Source of the DNA: an uncultured Gemmatimonadales bacterium
GTDB taxonomy: Bacteria > Gemmatimonadota > Gemmatimonadetes > Longimicrobiales > Longimicrobiaceae
Assembly (NCBI GenBank): GCA_963716255.1
Contig: OY970303.1
Coordinates: forward strand, 5,216,001 to 5,280,000
DNA: 64,000 bases
Direction of reading: 5' to 3'
In this document: positions 24,612 to 35,600 of the stretch, piece after piece
Numbering within the stretch: the stretch's first letter is position 1
Layout of the letters: every line of letters starts with the position of its first letter
Translations under genes and position numbers: made by a program
Notes under the pieces: model-generated
The model's input: only the letters and a program-made list of their open reading frames with translations
Databases searched by the model: none
What the model was told of the DNA's origin: nothing

Positions 24612-25880
24612 ATGCCCATCTCCCTCGTGCTGGACTTCCACGCGGCGGACCTGCGGACCCGGGAGCGTCTCCACCCCGGCGGCGACCACCCGGCGCGCAT
24701 CTACGCCGCGCCGCCGGCCGGCCCGGTGAGCGAGCTGGTGCTGCTGACCACCTGCAACCGGGTGGAGCTGTACGGCGCGGGGGACGCCTGCACCCCGGTG
24801 GCCGCGCGGGGCGCCGCCGCCGACCTGGCTGCGCGCTGGGCGGGCGACAACGCCCGCGCGGCCGAGCTGCTTCGGCTGGGGACGGTGCGCTCCGGACCGG
24901 AGGCCGTGCGCCACCTTCTGCGGGTGGCCGCCGGCCTGGAGTCGCAGGTGCTGGGGGACGCGCAGGTGCTGGGGCAGGTGCGCCGCTCCTACCGCGCCGC
25001 CGCCGCCGCGGGCGCGGCCGGCCCCGTGCTCCACCGCCTGTTCGAGACCGCGCTGCGCACCGGCAAGCGCGTCGCCGCCGAGACCTCGCTGACGGCCGCG
25101 CGCAGCACCGTGGGGGCCGAGGCCGCGACGCTGGCCGCGCGCCGCCTGGGCGGGCTCGCCGGCAAGCGGGTGGTGATGGTGGGCTGCGGCAAGACGGGGG
25201 AGCAGGCGGCCCGGCGCCTGGCCAAGCTGGAGGCGGGTGAAGTGGTGCTGGTGAACCGCACCCCCGGCCGCGCCGGAGAGCTGGCCCGCGAGATCGGCGG
25301 CCGGGCCGCGCCCTGGAGCGACCTCCACGCCGAGGCCGCCCGCGCCGACGCGGCGCTGGTCGCCACCGCCGCCGGCGGCGCCGTCCTGCTGGCCGGCCCG
25401 CTCGCCGCGCTGCGCGCCGCGGACGCGCCGCCGCTGCTTCTGCTGGACCTGTCCATGCCGCGCAACGTGGAGCCGGAGGCAGGCACCCTCCCCGGGGTCG
25501 CCCTGCTGGACCTGGACGCGCTCCGCCTCCCCCTGGCCGCGGCGGAGCACGCCCGCCACGGCGCCGTCCCCGCCGCGGAGGCCGTGGTGGAGGAGGAGCT
25601 CGCCCGCTTCCTGGGGTGGCGCAGCGAGGCCGCCGCCCGCGACGCGGTGGAGCCGCTGCGCGCCGCGCTGGAGGAGATCTGCCGGCGCGAGCTGTCCTAC
25701 GCTGCGGGCCCGGACGCGGCCGGCCGCGCCGCCGAGCGCATCGTCGCCAAGGTGCTCGCCCGCCCCATGTCCGCCCTGCGCACGGCCGCGGGGCGCGGCG
25801 ACCCGCTGGACGCCGCCGCGGGCGTGCTGCGCGGCCTGTTCGGGACGGGAGACGGAAGTGCGAAGGTACGAAGTGCATGA
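24612..25880 (+). CDS. hemA: Glutamyl-tRNA reductase
   Basis: LTTCNRVELY (catalytic Cys), HLLRVAAGLESQVLGDAQVLGQV, GCGKTG and DLSMPRNVEP. Confidence 0.92.
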   Translation: MPISLVLDFHAADLRTRERLHPGGDHPARIYAAPPAGPVSELVLLTTCNRVELYGAGDACTPVAARGAAADLAARWAGDNARAAELLRLGTVRSGPEAVRHLLRVAAGLESQVLGDAQVLGQVRRSYRAAAAAGAAGPVLHRLFETALRTGKRVAAETSLTAARSTVGAEAATLAARRLGGLAGKRVVMVGCGKTGEQAARRLAKLEAGEVVLVNRTPGRAGELAREIGGRAAPWSDLHAEAARADAALVATAAGGAVLLAGPLAALRAADAPPLLLLDLSMPRNVEPEAGTLPGVALLDLDALRLPLAAAEHARHGAVPAAEAVVEEELARFLGWRSEAAARDAVEPLRAALEEICRRELSYAAGPDAAGRAAERIVAKVLARPMSALRTAAGRGDPLDAAAGVLRGLFGTGDGSAKVRSA

Positions 25881-25952
25881 GTGCGAAGGTGATGGGCAGT
25901 ATGGTGATGTGCAGTGTGAAGTACGCGACGGCCGATTGCCTCTCGTGCCGGA

Positions 25953-26103
25953 CCCGCGTGAGGGATTTCGGCCCGGAGGGGCGAGACCCCGCGGCACCTC
26001 CGTTCAGAGGTGCTGGCGGGGGCTCGACTCCGATGCAGACGGTCGTTTCGTCTGCTACGGAGCCGAAGCCCGACCCCGGCGCAGCCGGGGGCACGCCCGA
26101 ACC
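25953..26103 (+). repeat. Structured intergenic repeat, full copy 3 (between hemA and hemE) with an extended variable stem
   Basis: CCCGCGTGAGGGATTTCGGCCCGGAGGGGCGAGACCCCGCGGCACCTCCGTTCAGAGGTGCTGGCGGGGGCTCGACTCCGATGCAGACGGTCGTTTCGTCTGCTACGGAGCCGAAGCCCGACCCCGGCGCAGCCGGGGGCACGCCCGAACC. Confidence 0.9.
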
Positions 26104-26145
26104 AGGCAGTTCAACCAGCCGTAGAGCCGGACACCCACACGGAGG

Positions 26146-27276
26146 ATGACCCCCATGAACGACCTGTTCCTGCGCGCCTGCCGCCGCGAGCCGGTGGAGC
26201 GTCCGCCCGTGTGGATGATGCGCCAGGCGGGGCGCTACCTTCCCGAGTACCGCGCCGTCCGCAAGAAGGCCGACTTCCTCACCATGGTGCGCTCCCCGGA
26301 GCTGGTGGCGGAGGTGACGCTACAGCCCGTGGACATCCTGGGCGTGGACGCGGCCATCCTGTTCAGCGACATCCTCACCCTGCCGCAGGCCATGGGGATG
26401 GAGCTGCTGATGAACGAGGGCGTGGGGCCCGTGTTCCCCGACCCGCTGCGCACCCGCGAGGACTTCGACCGGCTGCGCGACGTGTCGCCGGAGGAGGGGC
26501 TCGCCTACGTGCTGGACTCCATCCGCCTGCTGCGCCGCGAGCTGGACGGGCGTGTGCCGCTGCTGGGCTTCGCCGGGGCGCCGTGGACGCTGGCCTCGTA
26601 CATGATCGAGGGCGGCAGCTCCAAGAGCTTCGCGCACGCCAAGCGGCTCCTGGTGGAGGACCCCTACCGCGCCCACGCGCTGCTGGCGCGGCTGGCGAAC
26701 GCGGTCGGCTACTTCCTCCACGCGCAGGTGGGGGCGGGCGCGCAGGCGGTGCAGGTCTTCGAGAGCTGGGCGGGCGCGCTCGGGCCGGAGGACTACCGCG
26801 CCTTCGCGCTCCCCTACCTGGCGCAGTCGGTCCGCATCGCGCAGCAGGCGGGCGCTCCGGTGATCGTGTACGCGCTGGGCGCGCCGTGGGCGCTGGAGGA
26901 GATCGCGGAGGAGACGGGGGCGGACGTCGTGGGCATCGACTGGCAGACTCCCGCGGCGGAGGCCCGGCGCCGCCTGGCCCCGCACGGGGTGGCGCTCCAG
27001 GGAAACCTGGAGCCGTGCTGGCTGTTCGGCACGCCGGAACTGGTGCGGCAGCGCACTCTCCGCATGCTGGAAGAATTCTCGGGTGACGGCTACATCGCCA
27101 ACCTGGGCCACGGCATCCTCCCCGGGACCCCGGTGGAGTGCGTGCGCGCCTTCGTGGAGACGGTGCAGGAGTGGCAGGGGGTGCCGTCGCTGCGCCTGGA
27201 GGACGGCGCGGTGATGCGCCGCCGCCCCGCCGCCCTGCCGCTGCGCTCGACGGGGGTGCGGGTGGAGGCGGGGTGA
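26146..27276 (+). CDS. hemE: Uroporphyrinogen decarboxylase
   Basis: PVWMMRQAGRYLPEYR, DAAILFSDIL, GFAGAPWTLASYMIEG and IANLGHGI. Start may be ATG 26155. Confidence 0.97.
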   Translation: MTPMNDLFLRACRREPVERPPVWMMRQAGRYLPEYRAVRKKADFLTMVRSPELVAEVTLQPVDILGVDAAILFSDILTLPQAMGMELLMNEGVGPVFPDPLRTREDFDRLRDVSPEEGLAYVLDSIRLLRRELDGRVPLLGFAGAPWTLASYMIEGGSSKSFAHAKRLLVEDPYRAHALLARLANAVGYFLHAQVGAGAQAVQVFESWAGALGPEDYRAFALPYLAQSVRIAQQAGAPVIVYALGAPWALEEIAEETGADVVGIDWQTPAAEARRRLAPHGVALQGNLEPCWLFGTPELVRQRTLRMLEEFSGDGYIANLGHGILPGTPVECVRAFVETVQEWQGVPSLRLEDGAVMRRRPAALPLRSTGVRVEAG

Positions 27277-27299
27277 GGACCGCCCCGCGGGCCGCCCCC

Positions 27300-28244
27300 A
27301 TGCGCGACCGGGCGGCCCGCTGGATCGGGCACGCGCACGACGAGCTGACCGCTTTCTTCGCGGAGCTGGACGGCGGGGGCGCGTTCCGCGAGGATCGCTG
27401 GGAGCGCCCCGGCGGCGGGGGCGGGGTGACCCGGGTGATGGCGGAGGGGGCGGTCTTCGAGAAGCTGGGGGTGAACCGCTTCCTGGGGGGCGGCCCGCTC
27501 TCCGCGGACGCGGCCCGCCAGCTGGGAGGGCGTGTGGATGGGTTGGACGGGGTGAACTTCTTCGCCACGGGGGTGAGCGTGGTGGCGCACCCGCGCTCGC
27601 CCCTGGTGCCCACGGTGCACCTCAACGTCCGCTACTTCGAGCTGGCCGCCGAGGACGGCGGGGTGCTGGACGCCTGGTTCGGCGGGGGGACGGACCTCAC
27701 CCCCACCTACCCCTTCCCGGAGGACGCCGCTCACTTCCACCGGGTGCTGCGCGATGTGTGCGCCGGCCACGCGCCGGACTTCCACCCCCGCTTCAAGGAC
27801 TGGTGCGACCGCTACTTCGCCAGCCCGCACCGGGGCGGGGAGCGGCGTGGCGTGGGCGGGATCTTCTTCGACCATCTCCGCCCGGAGGAGGAGGGGACCA
27901 CCGCCGAAGTGCTGCGCCGCTTCGCGGGCGACGTGGCGCGCGCCCTCCCCGCCGCCTACGGGCCGCTCGTGGAGCGGCGGCGCGGGCTGCCCTTCGGCGA
28001 GCGGGAGCGCGCCTTCCAGCTCTTCCGCCGCGGCCGCTACGCCGAGTTCAACTTGGTGCACGACCGCGGCACGCTCTTCGGGCTCCGCACCGCCGCCCGC
28101 ATAGAGAGCGTGCTGATGAGCCTGCCGCCGCTCGCCTCGTGGGAGTACGCCCCGGAGTGGGAGCCCGGGGGGTTCGAGGCGGAGCTGACGGCGATGCTGG
28201 AGCCGCGGGACTGGGCCGCGATGGAGACTGCCGGCGGTACGTGA
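27300..28244 (+). CDS. hemF: O2-dependent coproporphyrinogen III oxidase
   Basis: FATGVSVVAHP..P.VPTVHLNVRYF, WFGGGTDLTP, RGVGGIFFD, RRGRYAEFNLVHDRGTLFG and ESVLMSLPP. Start could be GTG 27273. Confidence 0.96.
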   Translation: MRDRAARWIGHAHDELTAFFAELDGGGAFREDRWERPGGGGGVTRVMAEGAVFEKLGVNRFLGGGPLSADAARQLGGRVDGLDGVNFFATGVSVVAHPRSPLVPTVHLNVRYFELAAEDGGVLDAWFGGGTDLTPTYPFPEDAAHFHRVLRDVCAGHAPDFHPRFKDWCDRYFASPHRGGERRGVGGIFFDHLRPEEEGTTAEVLRRFAGDVARALPAAYGPLVERRRGLPFGERERAFQLFRRGRYAEFNLVHDRGTLFGLRTAARIESVLMSLPPLASWEYAPEWEPGGFEAELTAMLEPRDWAAMETAGGT

Positions 28245-28429
28245 AGGCGGTGCGGGTCGGGCCGGCATTGCCGATCCACCGTCGACAAGATCCTCGACAA
28301 ATGATGGCTGCCCCGTCGTCGCCGATGGGGTAGCCATCGTGTCATGGTGGTTGGCCCAGCAGGGAGCAACCACCTGCCAGGGTGCGTCTTAGCTGGCTTC
28401 AGGGCTCGCTGGTCTGATTCCACGGAAAC

Positions 28430-28991
28430 GATGCTCCACATGGGGGAGTCGTATGCTATGTGGGCTTTCGTCTACGTGTTTTTTGTCGATTTCTTTCTGG
28501 CACGCGAATCATCCGATGCGCGCGCCGGGGTGCTCTCGGGGGGTGTGGCCTTCGCGGTGATCGGGGCGGGCGCGCTGGGGTGCGTGGTGGCGGGTGCGTG
28601 GGCGGACCGGCTGGGACGGGAGCGCGTCACCATCTGGGCGATGGCCGTGAGCGGGGCGTGCGCGCTGCTCATGGGCTGGCTGCTGCACGCGCCGGCTCCG
28701 CTCGTGCTGGCCGTGGCCCTGGTCTGGGGCTTCGCGGTGGTGGCGGACTCGGCGCAGTTCAGCGCGGTGGTCACCGAGGTGGCACCGGCGCACGCGGTGG
28801 GGACGGCGCTGACGTTCCAGACGGCGGTCGGGTTCCTGCTCACTTCGGTCACCCTCACGGCGGTGCCGTACCTGCGGGATGCCGGCGGGTGGTCGCTCGC
28901 GTTCGGCATCCTGGCGCTGGGACCGGCGGCCGGGATCACGGCGATGCGGAGGCTGGAAGGTCTCCGGACCGCGGTCACCTCGGATCCGTAA
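28430..28991 (+). pseudogene. C-terminal half of an MFS transporter (5'-truncated and degraded)
   Basis: LHMGESYAMWAF (degenerate HMWELYAMW-like motif), AGAWADRLGRERVT and VADSAQFSAVVTE..P...GTALT.QTAVGF. Only about 6 TM segments, and the upstream DNA is lower in GC. Confidence 0.65.
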
Positions 28992-29320
28992 GACCCTTGG
29001 TATCCGCAAAATCGTCGACGCAAGGGCGCCAGGTCTCGAAGGCGGCGTGGACGCCAACCGGAAGGAGGTAGAGAAAGACCACGGTCGCGGCGACACCCTC
29101 AGGGACCGCGTGCAACCACCAAGTCGAGACCCCGTACCCCCTCCGGATCCGTCTACTCCCCGGCATTTGCTCGTGCCGTCCCGAGGATCTGTTCTGTTGC
29201 GATCACCTGCTCGGCGCCTCTTCGATTACGTGTGTCACGCCACCAGTAGCCTTCCACGCTTGCCTTTCCGCACGCTGCCGCAAGCGCGCGCAGACACGGG
29301 CGTGGCCGTGGCGCGCGTCG

Positions 29321-29450
29321 GTGGCGGCGAGGGCGGCGTGGGCGCTGGGCCGCATGGGCACGGAGGCGGCGCGGCAGTCGCTGCGGGGCAGGGAAGGGGT
29401 GGAGGAGGACACCTGGGTGCGGGAGGAGATCGCCGCGGCGCTGGACGAGT
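29321..29450 (+). pseudogene. HEAT-repeat gene remnant
   Basis: AAWALGRMGTEAARQSL..REGVEEDTWVREEIAAAL. No coherent upstream frame. Confidence 0.45.
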
Positions 29451-29640
29451 CCAGAGGATTGTCGATCCGTGGCGCGCCGATCCGCTCTTCGTTCAGCCCT
29501 CGACGTCCGGCTCTCCAGTCGCCGGGAGGGTTCCGCGCGCGCTGCTCGGACGTGAGATCGACGATGTAAGGCTTCTTCGGCATGGAAGCCCCTCCGGGAG
29601 GGGCTCCCATGCCATGCATGTTCGTCCAGCTGCGCTTGCC

Positions 29641-32600
29641 TCACGACCCCTGTGGCTGACTGCCGGCGGTGGTGGATGTCAGCTCCGCGAGTCGAAGGAG
29701 GTAGCTCTCCAGCGCGGCGGCCGCATCGCTCCGGCTGAAGAACCGGTCGTCGTATTCCACGCCCATTCTCACGCCCTCGCCACGCGGCGAGAGGCTGACG
29801 GCCAGGTTGAACGGGAGATGGAGCCGGTCGAGCCCGTACACCGGCTCCACGCGGCTCCCCCGTACCGCATCTCGATCAGACCGGTTCCGGAAGTGGAGGA
29901 AGTTGAAGGTGGAGAAGAACGGTTCCCGCCCACCGTGTTCCGCCATGATCTCCGCCAGCGGATAGCGCCCGAAGCGATCTGCGTGGAGGAGGTCCTGGTG
30001 GACCGCCAGGGCCCGCCCCGCGGCGCCGCCGGAGGCGGTGGCGGGCCGTGCCACCGGCACGAGGTTCCAGAACAGACCCAGCGCGGTGAGCGGATCGGAG
30101 AGCCGCTCCGACCTGCCGTTCCAGACCACGCCGGCGCACGCGTCCTCCCCTCCCGTGAGCGCAGCCACGACGTCCAGGAAGGAGCTCAGGTAGAGCGCCT
30201 TGAGGGCGAGCCCCTGCCGCGAAGCCGTTTCACGCAGCGCCGCGGTGAGCTCCGGCGCGGCTTCGCGAACGACCGGACGGTCGCGCGGGGATCCGCCCGT
30301 GCCGACGCGTGGAGTGGGCCAGGGGGAGGACACGTGCCGCATGCGGTCCCGCCAGAATGTCCGCGCTTCGTCCGAGGCCAGGATCTCCGCCTCGAGCGCG
30401 ACGAACTCGCGGTACGTGTCGGGCAGGGGCGCGGCGGAGACCGGCCGGCCGTCCCGGGCGTCGGCGTACGCCTCGAACAGGGTGTTGAGGAAGTGCACGT
30501 TCCCCCACCCGTCCTCGATGGCGTGGTGCGCCGAGATCAGGAGGTCGGCCACGTGGTCCTCGCGGTGGAAGATCACGAAGCGCATGAGCGAACCGGTGGG
30601 GTCGAACGGGTCGAACGGCATGTCGAGATCCTCCGCCACGCCGGCCCGGACGGCGCGGTCCTGCTCGTCCGGAGAGAGACCGCGCAGGTCCTGGTAGCCG
30701 ATGGGCACACGAGGGGTCTCGCGGACCACCTGCAGCAGGGTGCCGTCGCTCCCGGTCGTGAAGACGGTGCGGAGGATCGCGTGCCTGCGGACCACCTGCT
30801 CGATCGCGTGGCGGAGCGCATCGGTCGAGAGGGAGGCATCAGTGAGCCGGTGGCACTGCTGCGGGTGATAGACGCCGGCGCGAGCGGTGTCCCTGGCGTA
30901 CTCGGCGAGCATCACCGCCTGCATCCGGCTTGCCGGATACACGTCCTGGAACGGGGCCGGAAACACGGCCCGCACGTGGGACCACTCTTCCTCGGGCAGG
31001 TCGGCCAGGTGGTGAGGAACTCCGGCCTCCGGCGCCCCGCCCACCCGGGCGGCCGCGTCCGTACGCTCCGCCAGCCCGCGGATGGTCGGCGCCTCGAAGA
31101 GGTCGCGGACGGCGAGCGCCATCCCACGCTTGCGCAGCGCGGCCACCAACTGCACCGCGCGCATCGAATCCCCGCCCGCGGCGAAGAAGTTCTCCAGGAC
31201 GCCCACCCGCTCCGCGCCGAGCACCTCCTGCCACACCTCTTGGAGCAGGCGCTCCGCCGCCGAGGCGGGCGAGGCGTACGCCGGGCGGAGCGTCCGTCCG
31301 GCCTCGGGCGCCGGGAGGGCGCGCCGGTCCAGCTTGCCGTTGCCGGTCAGCGGCATCTCGGGCAGCGTGACGAACACCGCCGGGACCATGTGGTCGGGAA
31401 GCCGCGCGGAGAGAGCGGCCCGCAGGGCGGGCGGGTCTTCCGCCTCGCCGGGATCAAGGACCACGTACGCCACGAGCTGCTTTTCGCGACCGGCTTCGTC
31501 ACGCACGAGCACGGCCGCGTCGCGGATCCCGGGCAGCTCCAGCAGCGCGGCCTCGATCTCTCCCGGCTCGATGCGGAAGCCGCGGATCTTCACCTGCTGG
31601 TCGGCGCGCCCCAGGTACTCCAGCTCGCCGTCGGCGCGCTGCCGGGCCAGGTCGCCCGAGCGGTAGAGCCGCGCCGCCGGGTCGGCGGAGAAGGGATCGC
31701 GGAGGAAGCGCTCGGCCGTGAGCTCGGGCCGGTTCAGGTAGCCGCGCGCCACCCCCGCGCCCCCGACGAAGAGCTCGCCGGGGACGCCGGGGGGAACGGG
31801 CTCCAGGCGGGAATCCAGGACGTACAGGGAGAGGTCGGGGATCGGCACGCCGATCGGGCTCCCGGCGCGGTCCAGGTCCGCGCGGGTGATCGCGCGGTAG
31901 GTGACGTGGACCGTGGTCTCGGTGATCCCGTACATGTTCACCAGCCGCGGCCGCCCGTCGCCGTGCCGCTCCATCCACGGCCGCAGCGACTGCGGGTCCA
32001 GCGCCTCCCCGCCGAAGACGACGTGGCGCAGGCGCAGGGCGGACGGGTCGACGCCCGAGGCGAGGTCCGCCTGCACCAGCTGCTTGAAGGCGCTGGGCGT
32101 CTGGCTCAGCATGGTCACCCCTTCGTCCGCCAGCAGCCGGTGGAAGTCCTCCGGCGAGCGGGTGGTGAGGAAGGGGACGACGACGAGGCGGCCGCCGTGC
32201 AGTAGCGCGCCCCAGATCTCCCAGACCGAGAAGTCGAAGGCCGACGAGTGGAAGAGCGTCCACACGTCGTCCGGTGCGAAGCCGAACCACGCCTCGGTGG
32301 CGTCGAAGAGTCGGACCACGTTGGCGTGCGTGATCTCCACCCCCTTCGGCTTTCCCGTCGATCCCGATGTGTAGATGACGTACGCCAGGGTGTCCGGCCC
32401 CGCCTGCACGCCCGGGTTCTCGTTGCTCTCCTGGGCGATGGCGTCCGCGTCGGTGTCGACGCAGAGCGCCGCGCCCGTGAAGGCCGGGAGACGCGCGAGG
32501 AGGCCGCTGGCGGTCACCAGCACCGGGATCTGCGCGTCCTCCAGGACGAAGGCGATGCGCTCCGCCGGGTAGGCGGGGTCGAGCGGGACGTACGCGCCGC

Positions 32601-35600
32601 CCGCCTTGAGCACGGCGAGGATGGTGGCGACCAGTTCGGCCGAGCGCTCCAGCACGATCCCCACCCGCACCTCCGGGCCCACGCCCAGCGCGCGCAGCCG
32701 GTGCGCCAGGCGGTTGGCGCGCTGGTTCAGCTCCCCGTACGTCGTCGTTGTGCCCGCGAAGGTGAGCGCGTGCGCGTCCGGCCGCTCCAGCGCCAGCGCC
32801 TCGAAGCGCTGGTCGAGCCGCTCCGCGACGGGGAACGACCGGGTGGCGTGGCCCGCCGCCAGCAGCGCCCGCTCCTCCTCGCCCGCGAGCCTCAGCTCGG
32901 AAAGGCGCAGGTCCGCGTCCCAGGCGACCTGCTCCAGCACCCGCTCCAGGTGCCGCGCCATGTGCCGGGTGGTGCCCGGCTCGAACAGGTCGGTGCTGTA
33001 GTTCAGCTCGCCGCGCAGGCCCTGGACGGTCGCCGTCAGGCCCAGCGACAGGTCGAACTTGGCGACCTCGAGCTGCGTTCCGACTTCCTGCACGCCGAGC
33101 CCCGCGAGCCCGCCGCCGGAGTCCCGGACGTTGTCCAGAGTGAACATCACCTGGAAGAGCGGCGAGTGGCTCAGGGAGCGCTCCGGGCTCAGCTCCGCCA
33201 CCAGCCTTTCGAAGGGCACCTCCTGGTGCTCGTACGCGCCCAGCGTCGCCTCCCGCACCCGCCCCAGCAGCTCGCGGAAGCTCGGATCGCCCGAGAGGTC
33301 GGTGCGCAGCACCAGCGTGTTGACGAAGAAGCCGATCAGCCCCATCACCTCGCCGAGCGTGCGTCCCGCGATGGGGCTGCCCACCACCACGTCCTCGCTG
33401 CCGCTGTACCTGCCCAGCAGCACCTGGAATGCGCCCAGCAGCACCATGTACAGCGTCGCCCCCTCGCTGCGCCCCAGGCCCTGCAGCCGCTCCAGCAGCT
33501 CCCGGGAGAGCTCCATGGGAACCGAGGCGCCCCGGTACGTCTGCACCGCGGGGCGGGGATGGTCGACCGGCAGCTCCAGCACCGCGGGTGCGTCCGCCAG
33601 GCGCTCCTTCCAGTACGCCAGCTGCCGATCCAGCACCTCGCCCGCCAGCTGCTCGCGCTGCCACAAGGCATAGTCGGCGTACTGGACCAGCAGCTCCGCG
33701 AGCGGCGACTCTTCGCCCTCGTGGTACGCCGCGTACAGCGCCGACAGCTCGCGGAAGAGCACGCCCATGCTCCAGCCGTCGCTGACGATGTGGTGCATGC
33801 ACAGCAGCAGCGCGTGCTCTTCCGTCCCCAGCCGCAGCAGCACCGCCCGGAACAGCGGTCCGGCAGACAGGTCGAAGGGGCGCGAGGCCTCCTCGCTCGC
33901 GCGCTGACTGAGCGCCGCCTCGCGATCGGCCTCGCCGAGCGCCGACAGGTCCTCCACCGGCAGGGCGAACCCGCCGAAGGGCGCGATCACCTGCACCGGA
34001 GATCCGTTCACCTCGGCGAACGTCGTCCGCAGCGCCTCGTGGCGCCGGACGATCTCGCCCAGGGCGCGCTCCAGCGCCGCCTCGTCCAGTGCCCCGGCCA
34101 GCCTCCGTGCCACCGGGATGTTGTAGAGCGCTCCCACCCCCTCCATCTGGTCCACCAGCCAGAGCCGCTCCTGCGCGAAGGAGAGCGGCAGCACCTCCAT
34201 GCGCCCGGCTGGCGCCGCCGGCGGCAGCGCGGGCGCTCCCGCGCGCCGGATCTCCTCCACGTGCTCGGCCATAGCGGCCACCGTGGGCGCCTCGAACACA
34301 ACGCGGATGGGCAGCTCGGCCCCGAGCGCCTCCGCGACCCGCGAAACGAGCCGGTTCGCCACGAGTGAGTGCCCGCCCAGCTCGAAGAAGCCATCGTGCA
34401 CGCCGACCCGCTCCACCTGCAGCACGTCCGCCCAGATCCCGCAGAGCAGCTCCTCCGTGGCGCTGCGCGGCGCTACGTACTCCCCCGACGCCGCGAAGCC
34501 GGGCTCCGGCAGGGCACGGCGGTCCACCTTGCCGTTGGCCGTCACCGGCAGACGGTCCAGGACGACGAACGCCGCGGGGATCATGTGCTCCGGCAGCAGC
34601 TCCCGCAGGTGCACCCGCAGCTCGCCCGCCTGGAGATTCCCCCCCCCGTCGCCGACCACGTACGCCACCAGGCGCTTCTCCCCGGGCACGTCGAAGACGG
34701 CATCCTCCCGCGCGACCACGACCGCCTCCCGCACGCCCCCGGCCCCCAGGAGAACCGCCTCGACCTCCCCCGGCTCGACCCGCTGCCCGCGGATCTTCAC
34801 CTGGGCGTCCAGCCGCCCCATGAACTCCAGCGCCCCCGACGCGAGCCTCCTGAGCCTGTCCCCGGTCCGGTACATGCGCGCTCCCGGCTCCGCGGAGAAC
34901 GGGTCCGGGAGGAAGCGCTCCGCCGTCAGCGCCGGCCGCCCCAGGTAGCCGCGCGCCACACCCGGCCCGCCGATGTACAGCTCGCCGGGCACGCCGGTCG
35001 CGACCGGTCCGCCCCAGGCGTCCAGCACGTAGACGCGCGCGTCCGCGGCCGGCCACCCGACCGGCGGCGCCTCGGCGACGCCGGGCGGGCACGTGTACGA
35101 AGTGGCGAAGATGGTGGCCTCCGTGGGGCCGTAGATGTTCACCATCCGCCGCCCGGCCGACCAGCGCCCCGCAGCCCGGGCGGAGCAGCGGTCACCTCCC
35201 GAGGCGAGCGTCCGCAGCGCCGGGAGTTCGACGTCCGGCAGCGAGTCCAGCAGCGCCGGGGTGACCATCCAGGTGCTGATCTCCAGCTCCCGCAGCCGCG
35301 CCGCCAGCCGCTCCGGGGACAGCAGCGCTTCGCGGTCGGCGAAGTACAGCGCGGAGCCGGAGAGCAGGGCGGCGAACACGTCCAGCACCGAGACATCGAA
35401 GCTGACGGAGGAGGTCATCAGGACGCGCCCGCCCTGGCGGACGTCCAGCGTCTCCACGCTGCGCTGCAGCAGGTTGACGGCGGAGGCGTGCGTGACCACC
35501 ACTCCCTTGGGCGTCCCCGTGGAGCCGGAGGTGTAGATCACGTACGCGGCGTTGTCCCGCGACCCCGCGCACGCGGGCGGCTCGCCGGCCGGGGGGGCGT

